Assembly: GCA_964016885.1 (NCBI GenBank)
Contig: OZ024741.1
Coordinates: 189,968,001 to 190,032,000, forward strand
Origin: Eledone cirrhosa
Lineage: Eukaryota
Direction of reading: 5' to 3'
DNA: 64,000 bases
Below the pieces are notes generated by a model. The model was not told the DNA's origin. It was given only the letters and a program-made list of their open reading frames with translations, and did not search any database. The position numbers were made by a program, and so were the translations under genes. Positions 38,128 to 52,071 of this stretch are shown one piece after another. How positions within the stretch are numbered: position 1 is the stretch's first letter; each line of letters opens with the position of its first letter.

Positions 38128-39879
38128 TTACACATACACACATACATATACATTTCCGACTGATTATCTCCTGTCTTCTTATTCTGGAAGTTTTAAACCC
38201 TCATCAGCACAGCAGGGGTTGTAAATTCAGCACATGGGTGTAAATATATATATATGTATATCTTTTGTTTGTTTTCTACTTGTGTTGTGTGAAAGGGATC
38301 ACATTAGATTTTGTTCTACATTACACCATTGCCATAGATTTTCATTTATTATTTTTTGTTTTGTATCTTATTTTATTTATTCATAGCACTGTGAGCATTT
38401 GGTATAAAGAAATACATAAATCATACATACTTTAAGGTCTAATTCCATGCTTTAGATGGGTTGTCACACTCTAATGCAGACATGTGAGATGACAACATCT
38501 TGTTTGAACATTCCACTTTTGGCATGGTTTCTAGGGCTGGATGCCTTTCCTAACGCCAACTAATTCATGGCATGTACTGGTTGTGTTTTATCATGACACC
38601 TCCACTACCACCTAACAGGGTGGACTGGGTACTTTTCTTAGGGCACCAACACTACTACTTTACATATGTATATGTGTATGATAAACATATACATACATAA
38701 CAGTCTCTTCATTTTTATTTTCTCACAAGTGTTCATTCATGCAAGATTTATTTAGTTTTTATTTTGTTGAAACAAAATGCCTTGTTGATATGCTGTCAAC
38801 ATCTCTTTATATTCTGAGTTCAAATCCTGCTGAGGTCATTTTTGCCTTTTGTCAATAAAATAAATTCCAGTCAAGGGTAATTTATTCTTCGGTGGTACAG
38901 TCTACCCTTTTGATACTAACCCACCTAAAACCGCCTCTGCCTCAATGAAACAAAGTGCTCATTTTAAAAATATCCTATTTGAATTTAAACCTTCCAACAT
39001 AATTCTATCAAAGAATATTTTGTTATGTTACAAATGCCATCTTAATTAAACAATTATTTTAGTAAATCTCTCCAAATTCTTCATTAACCTTCAGCATGCT
39101 AGAAATTTCTATAAATTGCTTCCCTTAGCACTGCATTATGTATTAAGGGGGCAATACTCCAGCAGCGACTTAATGTGCCCAGAGCGTCCAGAAGATTAAT
39201 TAATTAAAATACCAAGTATCTAATTAGAAATACGATAACAAAATGGCTAATCTGTCACCCAGTTTAACACCACCATCTGCTCTGTGTATGCCTAAGCAGA
39301 GTAACACTGTTGGAAGCATTCAATCCAGGTCTTCTGTCTGAGCATAAATTCCACCTTTTCTCCTATCAGTCACAGACCTTGAAATGGGTCATGAACACTG
39401 TCTTACTCCTCTGACTAAGAAAACATTAAATTGAGTAGCCATCATGTACTGGGGTTCTCTTCAATTCTTTTTCAACCTCCTATCTTGATGTTAGTGTAAG
39501 TCCATCGACATTAATTTGTAACTTTGCAAACTTATAATAGAAGCAAGTTTGGGAAAATTATCCCTTTCCTGGACATTTTTTTGTCTCTCCAGTGCTGTTT
39601 TTAAATAGCAAAGTGAGTTTCAGTAAGTCTCAGCTGTAATTGTTTGATGAACCTCTACCATAGAGCATGACATGTTAAATGTACTCTACAGTTGGGTCAA
39701 ACATGGAGACAAGTTGAAATCCTTTTCATGAATAATGTTCTTAAAATCTGAAGTGAAAATGGGTATGTTACTTATGGTGGCATGATTAACCCATTTGTTA
39801 CCAAACCGCCCAGGATTTATAATATAAAACTGCTCGTTTTAAAATGTTTATCCTTATATTAAAACCTCTTCTTCTTCCA

Positions 39880-40160
39880 CTTATTTCTGAGACGGTCGTG
39901 GGGGCAGAATCCTCAAACACCCCTTCCAGCGGGTCCTGTCAGAAGCAACCGTCTCCAACTGATCCGGCTGGATTCCCAAGCGATATCAGCCAAGCTCATG
40001 GATGTTATCCAATCATCTTACTTGGTATCTACCTTCTGGGTCTCCTGCTGATTAGTTTTGCCCGTAAAATCTGTCCAGTGATTCTTTCTTGAGACATTCT
40101 ATGCCCATAGTATCGAAGCTGTCATCTTTCAATTCAGAGAAGTAGCAGCTCTACCTTCTA
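39880..40160 (-). mobile_element. RTE 3' end, second subfamily (also at 43860-44105)
   Basis: GQILRAKPTGRRPRARWLDNI.ELGWSCLGI with a (gaa)n tail; two homologous copies. Confidence 0.75.
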
Positions 40161-40821
40161 TTATAATTTTATTAAAACCTTCTATTATTTTATTTTAGAA
40201 GTTTTTTGTTAAGTAATTTTCTAAATATCAGCTTACTAATGAAAAACTTAATTATTTTATTAAATTGTCTTAATTTTTGGTTATTTTCAAAATTAATTGA
40301 AACACATAGGCCATGTATTTGATTAGAAATACTGTAAGGAAAACTGAGGAAGCCTTTGACAGAGGTTGTAAGAACTGATCTCAAATCACCAAAGCTCACA
40401 GAGGAGGGGATGAAGGACTGCAATGAATGGACGAATGCTGTCCAACCAATGTGAGTATAGAAAAGTAGACAAAACATTAATGATGATGATAATGAAAGGG
40501 TTAAATATCAAAGAGTGACAGAACTTTAATAAATCTTAAATCTTGTTAAATGATTTTGGTTCAAAAATTGGACAGCACTTTTGTTCTAACAAGATAAATA
40601 AAGTATGGTCTTGTGCCAATTTAGGAAAATCATTATTTTGTATGTTTTAGTATTGCTAGTTGGAGTTAGTATATACAGATGGATCACCTTCCCCTGCACT
40701 CACAGCCATGATCACTATATATAATAAGTTTGCCATGGATCCTGCAACAAAGTCTTCCGGCTTGCATATATGTACTGTTACCATATGCATGTGTGTTTTT
40801 TAGCATTAGTGTATATATAAG

Positions 40822-40966
40822 TTTATCCCAGGTTCAATCAAGGGTAACCACAGTAAGTAAGGTATTCAATACATAGCAGAGTATAAATATTTAATATAGA
40901 AATGGCTACTACAGGACTAGAACTGTTTATCCTGAATGAAACAGTTCTAGTCCTGTAGAAGCCATT

Positions 40967-40968
<2 letters not shown>
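40822..40968. mobile_element. Palindromic mini-element of the same family as 37637-37818
   Basis: Shared ggtaaccacagtaagtaaggta.tcaatacatagcagagtataa leader; inverted arms ctacaggactagaactgttt / aaacagttctagtcctgtag. Confidence 0.7.
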
Positions 40969-41031
<63 letters not shown>

Positions 41032-44000
41032 CACAAAATGGTTGACTAAGCACACAAATAAATTATTTTTTCTGTTTCTCCTTGTATCTCTCATTCCATC
41101 TCTTCCGATGAAGGACTAATGTCCAAAACATTAAAACTTTTTCCTTACTATATCAAGCATTAAACTAATATACATTATTGTACTCATCATCATCATCATT
41201 TCATTTTGCGTCTGCTTTTTCCCTGCTTGCAAGGATGGGACGGGAACTGATTTTGGCTTGATTTCTACAGCTGGATGTCCTTCCTAACACCAACCTCATT
41301 TACAGTGAGTGCTGGGTGCTTTTTTTGCCGTGGCACCTCCACGACCACTTTGCAGTGGAATGATATGGACCCCAGTCCCTATCATCTCATTTCTACAGCT
41401 GAGTAAACTGGAGCAATGTGAAATAAAGTGTCTTGCTCAAGGAAACAACACATCACCCGGTCTGAGAATTGAACTCACAACCTTTCGATTACAAGACCAA
41501 TGCTCTAATCACTAAGCCATGTGCCTCCATGTACTATATATATTTATAATTGGCAGTACCACTAAGACAACATTTAAACATAACAGGAGTGTAAATGAAA
41601 GTATTTCTATATGGTAGCCTTGCTATCAAAGAAAAAATATTTTTTTTTGTAACACGAAAATTATTTTTCTCTGTGAACAAGTGAGAGATTTTGTCAGTAA
41701 TGATTGAGAATACCAGACAGCACTGTTTCAAGATTCGTTCATCTTTCATCAATGATATTGACTCAAACAGTACTGACATGAAAATAGTATTATAATAATT
41801 ATACTAATATTACATAAATAAATATATATATCACCATCATTGTTACCATTTTACATCTATTTTCCATGTTTGTATGGATTAGACAAGCTGTCTCGTGAGG
41901 CCAAACATGTCAGAAGATAGCATTTTGTTCATATGTTCCATTTTCAGCATGGTTTCTGCACCTGGATTCCATTCCTAATGCCAATCACTTCACAACATTT
42001 ACCTGGTGTATTTTATCATAGCACCACAACTGCCACATAACAGAGTGGACTGGGTGCTTTTATCATGGCATCAACACCACCATTTTACAGAATGGGCTGG
42101 GTGCATTTATCTTGACACTAGCACTACCACTTTACTGTTTTGGCATTTTACTGTGGCATCAGCACTATCATTTTTGACATTAGAATACCTGTTGTGGTCT
42201 TTGGCCAGGCTGGAGCGACAGTTGTATATCTATATAGGTGCAGGCATGGCTGTCTTGTTAAGAACTTTACTTAGCAACCACATGACTTTGAATTCAATCC
42301 TGCTCTTTGGCACTTTGGACAAGTCTTTTCTACTATAAACTCAAGCTGAACAATGTCTTATAAGTGATATTTAGTCATTCAATCAGCTACACTATCTACT
42401 CTTTGAATTATAATGAAAGTAGTTCTGTATTCCACAGACACACCCTGAAAGTAATCCTGAGCTAATTTAGCATGTTACAATGTGACAAGGATGGATGTTT
42501 GAATTTCATGTGCATTTACCCAATACACTGCACAGCAAGAACAAACAAGGAACATCATGATTGTGAAGCAAGCTTCTTAACTGCTTGCCATGTTGTAAGC
42601 CATAATCACACCCTACAGACTGTATACCTAGACACATTGTGTTAGAAATAAAAAAGACAAAATGGTCAAGTTGGAGCACCTTTGATCATATGTTTGCTTG
42701 ATCAGGGCTGACTTGGGGCTAAACAACAACAACATTCGTAGATATCCATTTACTAACAGCTGAATCCTAACAAAACCTGGTTATAATTTCTTCTAGAATT
42801 CTACAAAATCTAGATCTCTGTTTATTAGATGCTGAAGCTGCTAAAATGTGACATTTGCCAAGACATCTGTCAATACTTATATATTTAAAATGTTATCTTG
42901 CAATTATAGATCTCATTAGACCCAACATGTCACATGACCTTCAACAATCAAACCTACCAATGAACCAATGAGAAACACTCATCACAAACAAATTTGTAGT
43001 TTCTTTTTGTCTTTTTTTTTTTGGGGGGGGGGGGGGGTCTTTTCTTTTTCATTATTATGGCTTTTTATTGGTGGTTTATTGGCAGAATCGTTAGAGCATT
43101 GGGAGAAATGCTTTAAATCTTTACATTCTGAGTTCAACTCCTGGGGGTTGATAAAATAAAGTGCCATGCAAGTACTGGAATAAATATAATCAACGTTCTC
43201 TTCTCTCAAAAATTGCTGACCCTGTATCAAAATTAGAAACTATTATTATGGCTTAGTGAGAGGGAAGGCAAAGATATTAGAGTGTTGCATAGAATGACTT
43301 GTGATATTTGTTCTGCCACTCTGCACTCTGAGTTTAAATCCCACGAAGATCTACTTTGTTTTTCATCCTTTCAAAACTCAATAATGAAGTGCTGGTGCAG
43401 TCCTCCCTCTCTCCAACTGTCATGCTTTGAATTATTCCACAAGGTCGAGTTTGGATGAGCCAAGAAAAGGCCTGTATCTGTTCACAGCTACCTGAACACA
43501 TAGCAGAAAACATAGCAAAAGCATAGTGCAAGCTACAAAGTGATCGCCATAAGTAGTTTGAAAAGGAAAGGCAGCATACATTTCAGGGTTTCTGAAAATG
43601 AAGAGAAGTAATCTATACACTGAAGACCTAATACAAATGCTTAATGTAATGAAGGCTCAGGTGATGGTGTTAAACTGGATGGGTAACAAAATGGACCTTC
43701 ACAATTTCCATGTCTTCCAAATTTCACTCACAAGGTTTTTGTTGACCTGAAGTTATGGAAAAAGACATACTCTGGAATTGAACATGGAACTACATAGTTG
43801 TGAAGTAGACTCCTTAAACACAGCTATGCCTTGCCAGTATTGAATCATTTTTTTAATTTTCTTCTTCTCCTTCTCCTCCTTCTTCTTCTTGAGAAGATCA
43901 TGGGGGAAGAATACTGAAACACTCCTTCCAACAGGCCCTGTCAGAAGCAACTGTCTCCAACTGATCCAGCTGGATCCCCAAGCAAGACCAGCCAAGCTCA

Positions 44001-44630
44001 TGGATGTTATCCAACCATCTTGCTCTGGGTCTCCTACCGGTTGGTTTTGCCCGTAAAATCTGTCCAGCGATTCTTTCCTGAGACATTCTAACCACATGCC
44101 CAACTCCTTATAAGAAATATATATACATACACATATATATATATACCAATGAAGCGATTGGTTGTACAATATATGCATTGTATAACCACTGTGAATGACA
44201 AGCTGATGCACATGTTTGATCAGTCCATACTCACAGAAACTAACTGGTTAGTCCAGGAATTTGGTATGCAATCTACCATAACCCATGTGCACCCGTCTCT
44301 ATTATGATTATTGTATTAGTGTACACTCTGAGAAATTGTTTTGTATACTCCCATGTTCAAATCTTATGTCTCATGAGTAAGTAATGGACCAGCCAACGCT
44401 ATACAGATCCCTATTGCACTGGCTTCATTAACCATTCTATATATCCTCATCATCACCATCATTTAAAATCTATTTTCCATGCTAGCATAGGTTATACGAG
44501 TTGCCCCGTTGTGAGATAAGCCAGATCAGATGAACCTGTCTTGCTCATACAGAACTATTTCTAGCTTGGTTTCTATGGCTGAATGCCTTTCTTAACACCA
44601 ACCACATTTACAGTGAAGATTGGATGCTTT

Positions 44631-45130
44631 GACACCTACACGACCACTTTACAGTGTGGGCTGGCTGCTTTTTGTTGTGACACCTACACGACCACTTTAC
44701 AGTGTGGATTGGATGCTTTTTGTTGTGACACCTACATGACCACTTTACAGTGTGGGCTGGCTGCTTTTTGTTGTGATACCTACACGACCACATTACAATG
44801 TGGGCTGGCTGCTTTTTGTTGTGACACCTACACGACCACTTTACAGTGTGGATTGGATGCTTTTTGTTGTGACACCTACACGACCACTTTACAGTGTGGG
44901 CTGGCTGCTTTTTGTTGTGACACCTACATGACCACTTTACAGTGTGGGCTGGCTGCTCTTTGTTGTGACACCTACACGACCACTTTACAGTGTGGATTGG
45001 ATGTTTTTGTTGTGACACCTACATGACCACTTTACAGTGTGGGCTGGCTGCTTTTTGTTGTGACACCTACACGATCACTTTACAGTGTGGATTGGATGCT
45101 TTTTGTCATGACACCTACATGACCACTTTA
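44631..45130. repeat. 48-nt minisatellite, about 10 copies, expanded from the family B SINE
   Basis: Unit gacacctacacgaccactttacagtgtgggctggctgctttttgttgt, continuous with the minus-strand SINE at 44450-44630. Confidence 0.95.
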
Positions 45131-45735
45131 AAATAAGGACAGTGGGGTACATGGGGATTGTAGAAGGATATCAAGAATGGGGCACTTATCTGGTGGTGGG
45201 TGAGGGTGTAGGTACGTAGATGAGCTGTGGGGTATTAGGACATAGTTGGAGTGTTATGACATGGGAGGTGGGGGAATGTGGTGCATACTAGATGCATGCT
45301 TCAACTCAATATTGAATACTCATTCTCTCATCCTCCAACTTCAAAGAGATAAAATAAAAATTACTAAAACATAATTTTAAAACCATTGTAATTTGAAACT
45401 CCCTACTTGGGTAATTTCCGACTGCTTAAAGTGTCTATTGAGTGGTGTAATTTTTAACCATCAACATATATTATATCTTCTGGTATTAAGAATGCTGCAA
45501 ATTTTAAGTATTCAATTACTTTAAGTACTACAATTATTGTAAGTACTAAAATTAAGCCAAGTAGGATCACACAATTTTGTGTGAGTTTGGCACATGTGTG
45601 TATGGGCATGTAGTAGAACAGTTCAGCATTTATATAAAAAGTCAGTGAGGAGGTAAGGCTTAAAAAAAATTTTCTTTTAAAGAAAAATAATAGTAAGGTA
45701 AAATGTAAAAAATATTTTGATATTTTAACACTTCT

Positions 45736-45783
<48 letters not shown>

Positions 45784-46000
45784 AATGTGGGCATTCACTT
45801 CTTGTTATTAGCCACTTAAAAAAACAGCCCTGCATTTCCTGTATACTATAATAACTGTATTGTCCTTTTGTCCATCTGTCTTGAACACTATGATCTGTCA
45901 AAAACCATTCTAAACTTTATAATTAGGATTCCTGGAATGCAAGAAGTGTAAGAAGAAAAAGTGGTGGACTTGCAAAATGCTTTCATCCCTACCTGAAATC

Positions 46001-46105
<105 letters not shown>

Positions 46106-46438
46106 GTGTGTGTGGATATATATCTATGAATTTTGATATGTAAATGACTATAGAAATTGTCAATCACTATGAATAATAGTTGAGAAAATAGGGTAAAGTA
46201 CTTCCTTGGAGACAGAAAAAATGTGGACAGAGGCATCTGCAAGTGCATTAACCATTATGCTAAGGGGTCTCTGAGAGGTGCGTAGTTTGATTTTTCACCA
46301 GTGACTCCCTCTCTATATTTTTCCATCTCCGTGTGTACTTTACTTGCTTTTTTTCAACTATTATTCAAAGTGTTCAACTATTATTATAATCAATTATGTT
46401 GAGACAACTATATTTTAAACTTTCCTAATGTTCCTTAA

Positions 46439-46659
46439 CCATTTAGCATTTACATTACTCTATATTTACTATTGTATTTTCATGGTAAAGCCTTTATCTC
46501 ACATAATTATCTCACATGATATTGAATCTATGAGATTTTGATATTATTTATTTTGAGAACAATACCTTAACATCAGTATGAGTGGCTGGTTGCAGCCAGT
46601 TTGAACAGAAAGAGGTGAGAGAACTCTGGCCGGATATGGCTGGTTTAAATGCTAAAGAG
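46439..46659. mobile_element. piggyBac-like MITE (further copy at about 52630-52842)
   Basis: TTAA|ccatttagcattta ... taaatgctaaagag|TTAA. Confidence 0.75.
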
Positions 46660-47569
46660 TTAAGTGAACTGCATGTTCACATACACACGCATGTAATACA
46701 CAACAAACAGCTTACTTAAAGTTTGGTGCAAAAATCAATTATTACTTATTCATTTCGTCTATAAAACAATTGATTATGTATATCATAAAATGTAGATGGA
46801 ATGACATCATTGATTGATAACATCTGATCAGTGAAATATAATTTGAACAATTACTGCATAAAAAAGTAATTTTAGCTATTTTAAAAACACAAAAACTTAA
46901 CTTTACTTTATATCATCATCATCATCATCATCATCACCATTGTCATTTAACATCTGTTTCTCCTGTTAGCAAGGGTTGAACATATATAATTTATTTCTCT
47001 CTGTCAAAATTGTCATCACATTGTCTGCAACCTCATCACTGACACAGTTCCGTGGCAACTGTGCCACTTTCTCTCTCTCTATATATATCTATTCATTTGA
47101 ATTATTATTGCTCTGGGCAAATATTCATAGAGCTTTTCTATTGAGAAGCACAAACATATAGATGTTTTGATAGCTTAAATTTGTGTGTGTATGTATATAT
47201 ATATATATATATCCAAATATTCTTTTTGTACCTCTGTTTGTTGTTTCCTTAAACTATATATATATATATAAGCAAACTACATGCAGCGGTTCTGTCACTC
47301 TCAAAGTGAAACCCAGCCCATGGCTCTATTGTCTCCACATCCACCCATATCCACCACCTTCCGGTTAACTGTTTTAGCTTATATTGCCTTATACTCCCAC
47401 CCTCATTTCTACAACATACCCGCCTGTTTCTTTCCTCATCTACCCTGTTACATCACCAAGGCAATTGTTACTCTGCAGACAGCTACTGCTCCATAAGCTG
47501 TAGTGAAGGCAACCCATCTAAGAGAGTAGACACTCCAAATAATAACTGATGCCTTGTATCAGTTTTTAT

Positions 47570-48745
47570 TTGGCAGCTATGGTTATGGCTCAAGAAATAA
47601 AGAGGGATTGAGGCTCTTGGAATTCTGTAACACGAATGAACTAATCATTTGCAACACAAATTTCAGAAAACCAACTAGCCACCTGATTTCATATCAATCA
47701 GGCAAACACAAACCAAATTAATTACTTACTTGTAAGACAATGAGATAGATGGAGTGTAATAAATGCTAGGGCCTTCCCTGGGGAAGAATGCACTGCTCAA
47801 CACAAATTAGTTATTAACGACATCAAAATAAACTCAAGACAGAAAAGGATACACAGGAATATATGGAGACAGAGGGTTTGGAAACTTAAGGACCTTTCAG
47901 TTAAATATAGGTTTAGAAAGGCCCTGCAGGATGCAGTAGATGAGAGGGATGATGAGCTAGGTACATATAACGTAGAGGACAACTGGAAATTCCTACGGGA
48001 CAACTTTTTGCAAACTACTGAAAAGACCAGTGGCTGGAGTAAAGCACCAGCCAGACAGAGGGTGACCTGGTGGTGGATAGAGCATTAAGGCCAAGAAACG
48101 GGCAAAAAAATGGGAGTAGCAGGTAGCTAAGACAGAAGCTAGATGACGGGTATACACAGCTCAGAGAGAGGCTGAAAAAAGAAAGTTTACCAATATCTTG
48201 TGACATGAAGTGTTCCACATTGCAAGGCAGTATGTTAATGTAAATCGAGATGTTGTGAGGTGGTGGATGTGTTAGTAATGATGGTAGTACACTTAGCACC
48301 ACTGATGCTCAAAAGAAAGAGGCCTGGAAATGTAACTATGAGAGATTGATGAATGTAAAATTGAATGGGAGGAAAGGAGACGACCCACAACTTACCCAAC
48401 AGAATGACCAACTATTGAAGTTGATGGTTGTAGGGTCAAAAAAGCAATCAAAGAGATGAAGAATGGTAAAGCTGCAGGATCATCAGAGATAGTTGCTGAG
48501 ATGCAAAAAGCATCAGGAGAAGTAGGAGTTGAACTAGTAACCCACATAGTCAATCGGGTAATACAAGACAGAGTCATACCCAATGACCGGCACAGCAGTA
48601 CAATTATAAATTGCTACAAGGGTAAAATTGATGCTCTAGAAAGGAGCAACTGCAGAGAGATAAAACTATTGGACCAAGCTATGAAAGTGTCGGAAAGAGT
48701 CATATTAGATTTGATGCAGTTTGGTTTCATGCCTGGGAAAAGTAC
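47570..48745 (+). mobile_element. RTE LINE fragment (endonuclease end to RT start)
   Basis: LEFC..ELIICNTNFRKPTSHLI, AFPGEEC, MKNGKAAGSSEIVAEM, QFGFMPGKST. Confidence 0.88.
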
Positions 48746-48884
48746 TGTTCTTGCTTTGACTTAGTCTCCCCAGTCAGATACCCTTCATAGCCCTAACCAG
48801 GCATATTGTCTTTGTACAAAGTGGAGAATGTCCATTCCTCCATGTTGGCAGGAGATGGTTGTTAGGGCATCCATCTTATCATTA

Positions 48885-49655
48885 TTTACAGTCTGAGTTC
48901 AAATCCCGCCAAGGTTAACTTTGCCTTTCATCCTTACGGGGTCGATAAAATAAAGTACCAGTAATGCACAGGGATAATTGTTGGCCTTGTGCCAAAAGTA
49001 GAAATAATTATTATTGTGATTGGCAGTATCGGTAGAGTGTCAGACATGCTTTGCAGCATAAAGTTACGGTCCTTTACAGTCTGAATTTAAATCCCACCAA
49101 GTTTAGCTTTGCCTTTTATCCTTAGGGGGGGTTCATAAAATAAAGCACCAGTAACATACTGGGGTTGATTTAATTGACTCTTCCCTCTCAAAAATTGTTG
49201 GCCATGTGCCTAAATCTGAAACCATTATTATGGATTGGCAGTATCGGTAGAGAGTCGGACGCCATGCTTTGACGCATAGTTACGTCCCTTTACGATCTGA
49301 GTTCAAATCCCGCCAAGGTTAACTTTGCCTTTCATCCTTACCGGTTCGATAAAATAAAGTACCAGTCACGCACTGGGGTCGATTCAATCGACTTTCCCCT
49401 TCCCCAAAATTGCTGGCCTTGTGTCTATAGTAGAAATCATTATTATTATTATTATAAGGTGGGGCAGTGAATTGGCAGTATCGGTAGAGGGTCGGACATG
49501 CTTTCCAGCGTAGTTACGTCCCTTTACGATCTGAGTTCAAATCCCGCCGAGGTTAACTTTGCCTTTCATCCTTATGGGGTCGATAAAATAAAGTACCAGT
49601 AATTATACTGGGTATTTGCTGGCCTTGTGCCAAAAAGTAGAAACAATTATTATTA
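48885..49655 (+). mobile_element. Four head-to-tail family A SINEs
   Basis: Copies at about 48885, 49017, 49232 and 49458, each ending in (att)n. Confidence 0.88.
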
Positions 49656-49887
49656 TTATTATATAATGTATTTTTATGTGTGTTTCTAAGCCGGAAATGT
49701 GTCCTCCCATCTGGCAGCCATGCTGTTGGCCTAAATATCTTCAATCTCTTTTACAATTAGGTCATTCTTTCCACATAAATCAACTACACTTAGCTCTTCT
49801 TTTAGATTTTTGTTTTGTTTTTCAACCATTACTAATTAATTTTCTCATACCCCTTCCTACTTCTCTCTCTCTATCCTCCTTACTCTT

Positions 49888-49940
<53 letters not shown>

Positions 49941-50149
49941 CTCACTCTTGCTCTCTCTCCATCTATTACCAAATACTGGTCAGGAGAGGAAAATAATAAT
50001 GTAAAATTATTTAAATTATGAAGTTTATATAAATAACTTTTAACAACCCCCATCTGTAACCTATCCCCCAAAATTATTAATTTCCTTTTCAGTGTGCGTG
50101 GGGCGGGGTTGAATATATATGGAAATAGTATATCGAAATGTTTATATGT

Positions 50150-50747
50150 ATCATCATCATTATCATCGTCATTTTACGTCCGCTTTTCCCTGCTTGCAAG
50201 GGTGGGACGGGTCCTATTCAGCACAGCATCTCTACACTTGTCACGGTCCTTCTTCATCTCCACCGTGAGCTTCAGCAATCTGAGGTCTGCTATCACTACC
50301 TCCGCCCATGTTTTTCGTGGTCTTTCTTTATCATGTCTTCCTTCAATTGGCATATCTTGGCTCTTCTTCACCCATCAGTCATCCTCCATGCGCATCACAT
50401 GTCCATACCATCGCAGTCTCCTCTCCCGCACACAACAATTTATTCCTCTCAGACACAGTTTCTCTCTCAACACATCCATGCTCGCATCCAACAGAGCATA
50501 CTTGCCTCATTTCTCTCCAGCCATCGCATATCCTCTGTATATATGTATGTATATATATATAAAAGACGCAGTAGAGGAAGACCACGAAAAACATGGGCGG
50601 AGGTGATGAGAGCTGACCTCAGATTGCTGAAGCTCACGGAGGAGATGATGAAAGACTGTGACAAATGTAGAGATGCTGTGCTGAATAGGACCCTGTCCAA
50701 CCCTTGCAAGCAGGGAAAAGCGGATGTAAAATGATGATGATGATGAT
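50150..50747. mobile_element. Two RTE 3' ends in inverted orientation
   Basis: Minus copy 50150-50535 and plus copy 50562-50747 both contain RPRKTWAEV..ADLRLLKLT and the tail. Confidence 0.88.
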
Positions 50748-50949
50748 TTTATATATATATGTATGTATATGTATATATATATATATAATGTGTGTGTGTG
50801 GAAATGTATATGTATGTATATGTATATATATATATATATATAATGTGTGTGTGTGTGGGTGTGGAAATGTATATGTATGTATATGTATATATATATATGA
50901 GAGACGTAAAATAAGAAAATTATAAAATTAACTTACTTACTAAAAAATC

Positions 50950-51032
50950 ACTTCCAACTAATTAGTTTCTGGAATGGAGTAAATATATTTTCCGAAGAAA
51001 CATATAGAAAATCATTCCGTCATCAGGAAAGT
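50950..51032 (-). ncRNA. Type I hammerhead ribozyme, intact core
   Basis: Minus: actttc-CTGATGA-c ggaatg..cattcc a-GAAA-ctaattag-TT-ggaagt; palindromic stem III; GUU triplet. Confidence 0.68.
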
Positions 51033-51041
51033 CTTAGAAAG

Positions 51042-51182
51042 GCATAGAGTTACGGCCCTTGCCATTCTGAGTTCAAATCCCGCCGAGGTTAACTTTGCCT
51101 TTCATCCTTACGGGGTCGATAAAGTAAAGTACCAGTAATACACTGAGTAATTGCTGGCCTTGTGCCTAACGTAGAAACAATT
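51042..51182 (+). mobile_element. tRNA-derived SINE, family A (5'-truncated)
   Basis: B box and body as in the other copies. Confidence 0.85.
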
Positions 51183-51376
51183 ATATATATATGAGAGATG
51201 TATTTTAACTTTAATTATATCTCATAAAATAATACAACTGGCTTTTCCACATAATACATATTGTTAGCACCCCAAACACTTAAATTGGGTTTATATTAAA
51301 ATATAACCTAATGTTTGTTGAGTGAGATGGTTACCAGTCAGAGTTTAGCTTTAAACTATCTCTGTTATTGTATTAA

Positions 51377-51409
<33 letters not shown>

Positions 51410-51505
51410 TACATATACATTTCCACACACACACACACACATTATATATATATATATATATATACATATACATACATATACATTTCCACACACACACACA
51501 CACAT

Positions 51506-51537
<32 letters not shown>

Positions 51538-51995
51538 CATACATATACATTTCCACACACACACACACACATTATATATATATATATATACATATACATT
51601 TCCACACACACACACACACACACACATTATATATATATATATATATATATATATAATGTATGTGTGTGTATGTATACATAAATATGGATATGCAATATAT
51701 CTATTCAGTTATTATACTACCATCAACATCACTATTCTTCTCATCATCGTTTTTATCTATTTATCACCAACATCGTCGTCATTATCAATATAATTTATCC
51801 ATTTATTATCATAGTCATCTAGTTATTCATTTATTGCAACATCTGACATCATCACTATCTTCCTCATTATATTTCATTTATTAATGTTAACAACTTAATC
51901 TTCATAATCATTATCATCATCTTCATCATATCCAACTCATTATCACTAACATTACCTTGGAGTAGTGATAATGTAAAATCTGTTTTAATTGCTGT

Positions 51996-52071
<76 letters not shown>

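Noticed and set aside
44146-44262. Hammerhead with perfect stem III gaaactaactggttagtc
   Set aside because: No CUGANGA with a matching stem I could be placed; kept only as a weak remnant
44583-45026. Cys-rich 16-aa repeat protein
   Set aside because: Translation of a 48-nt minisatellite derived from a SINE; open on both strands
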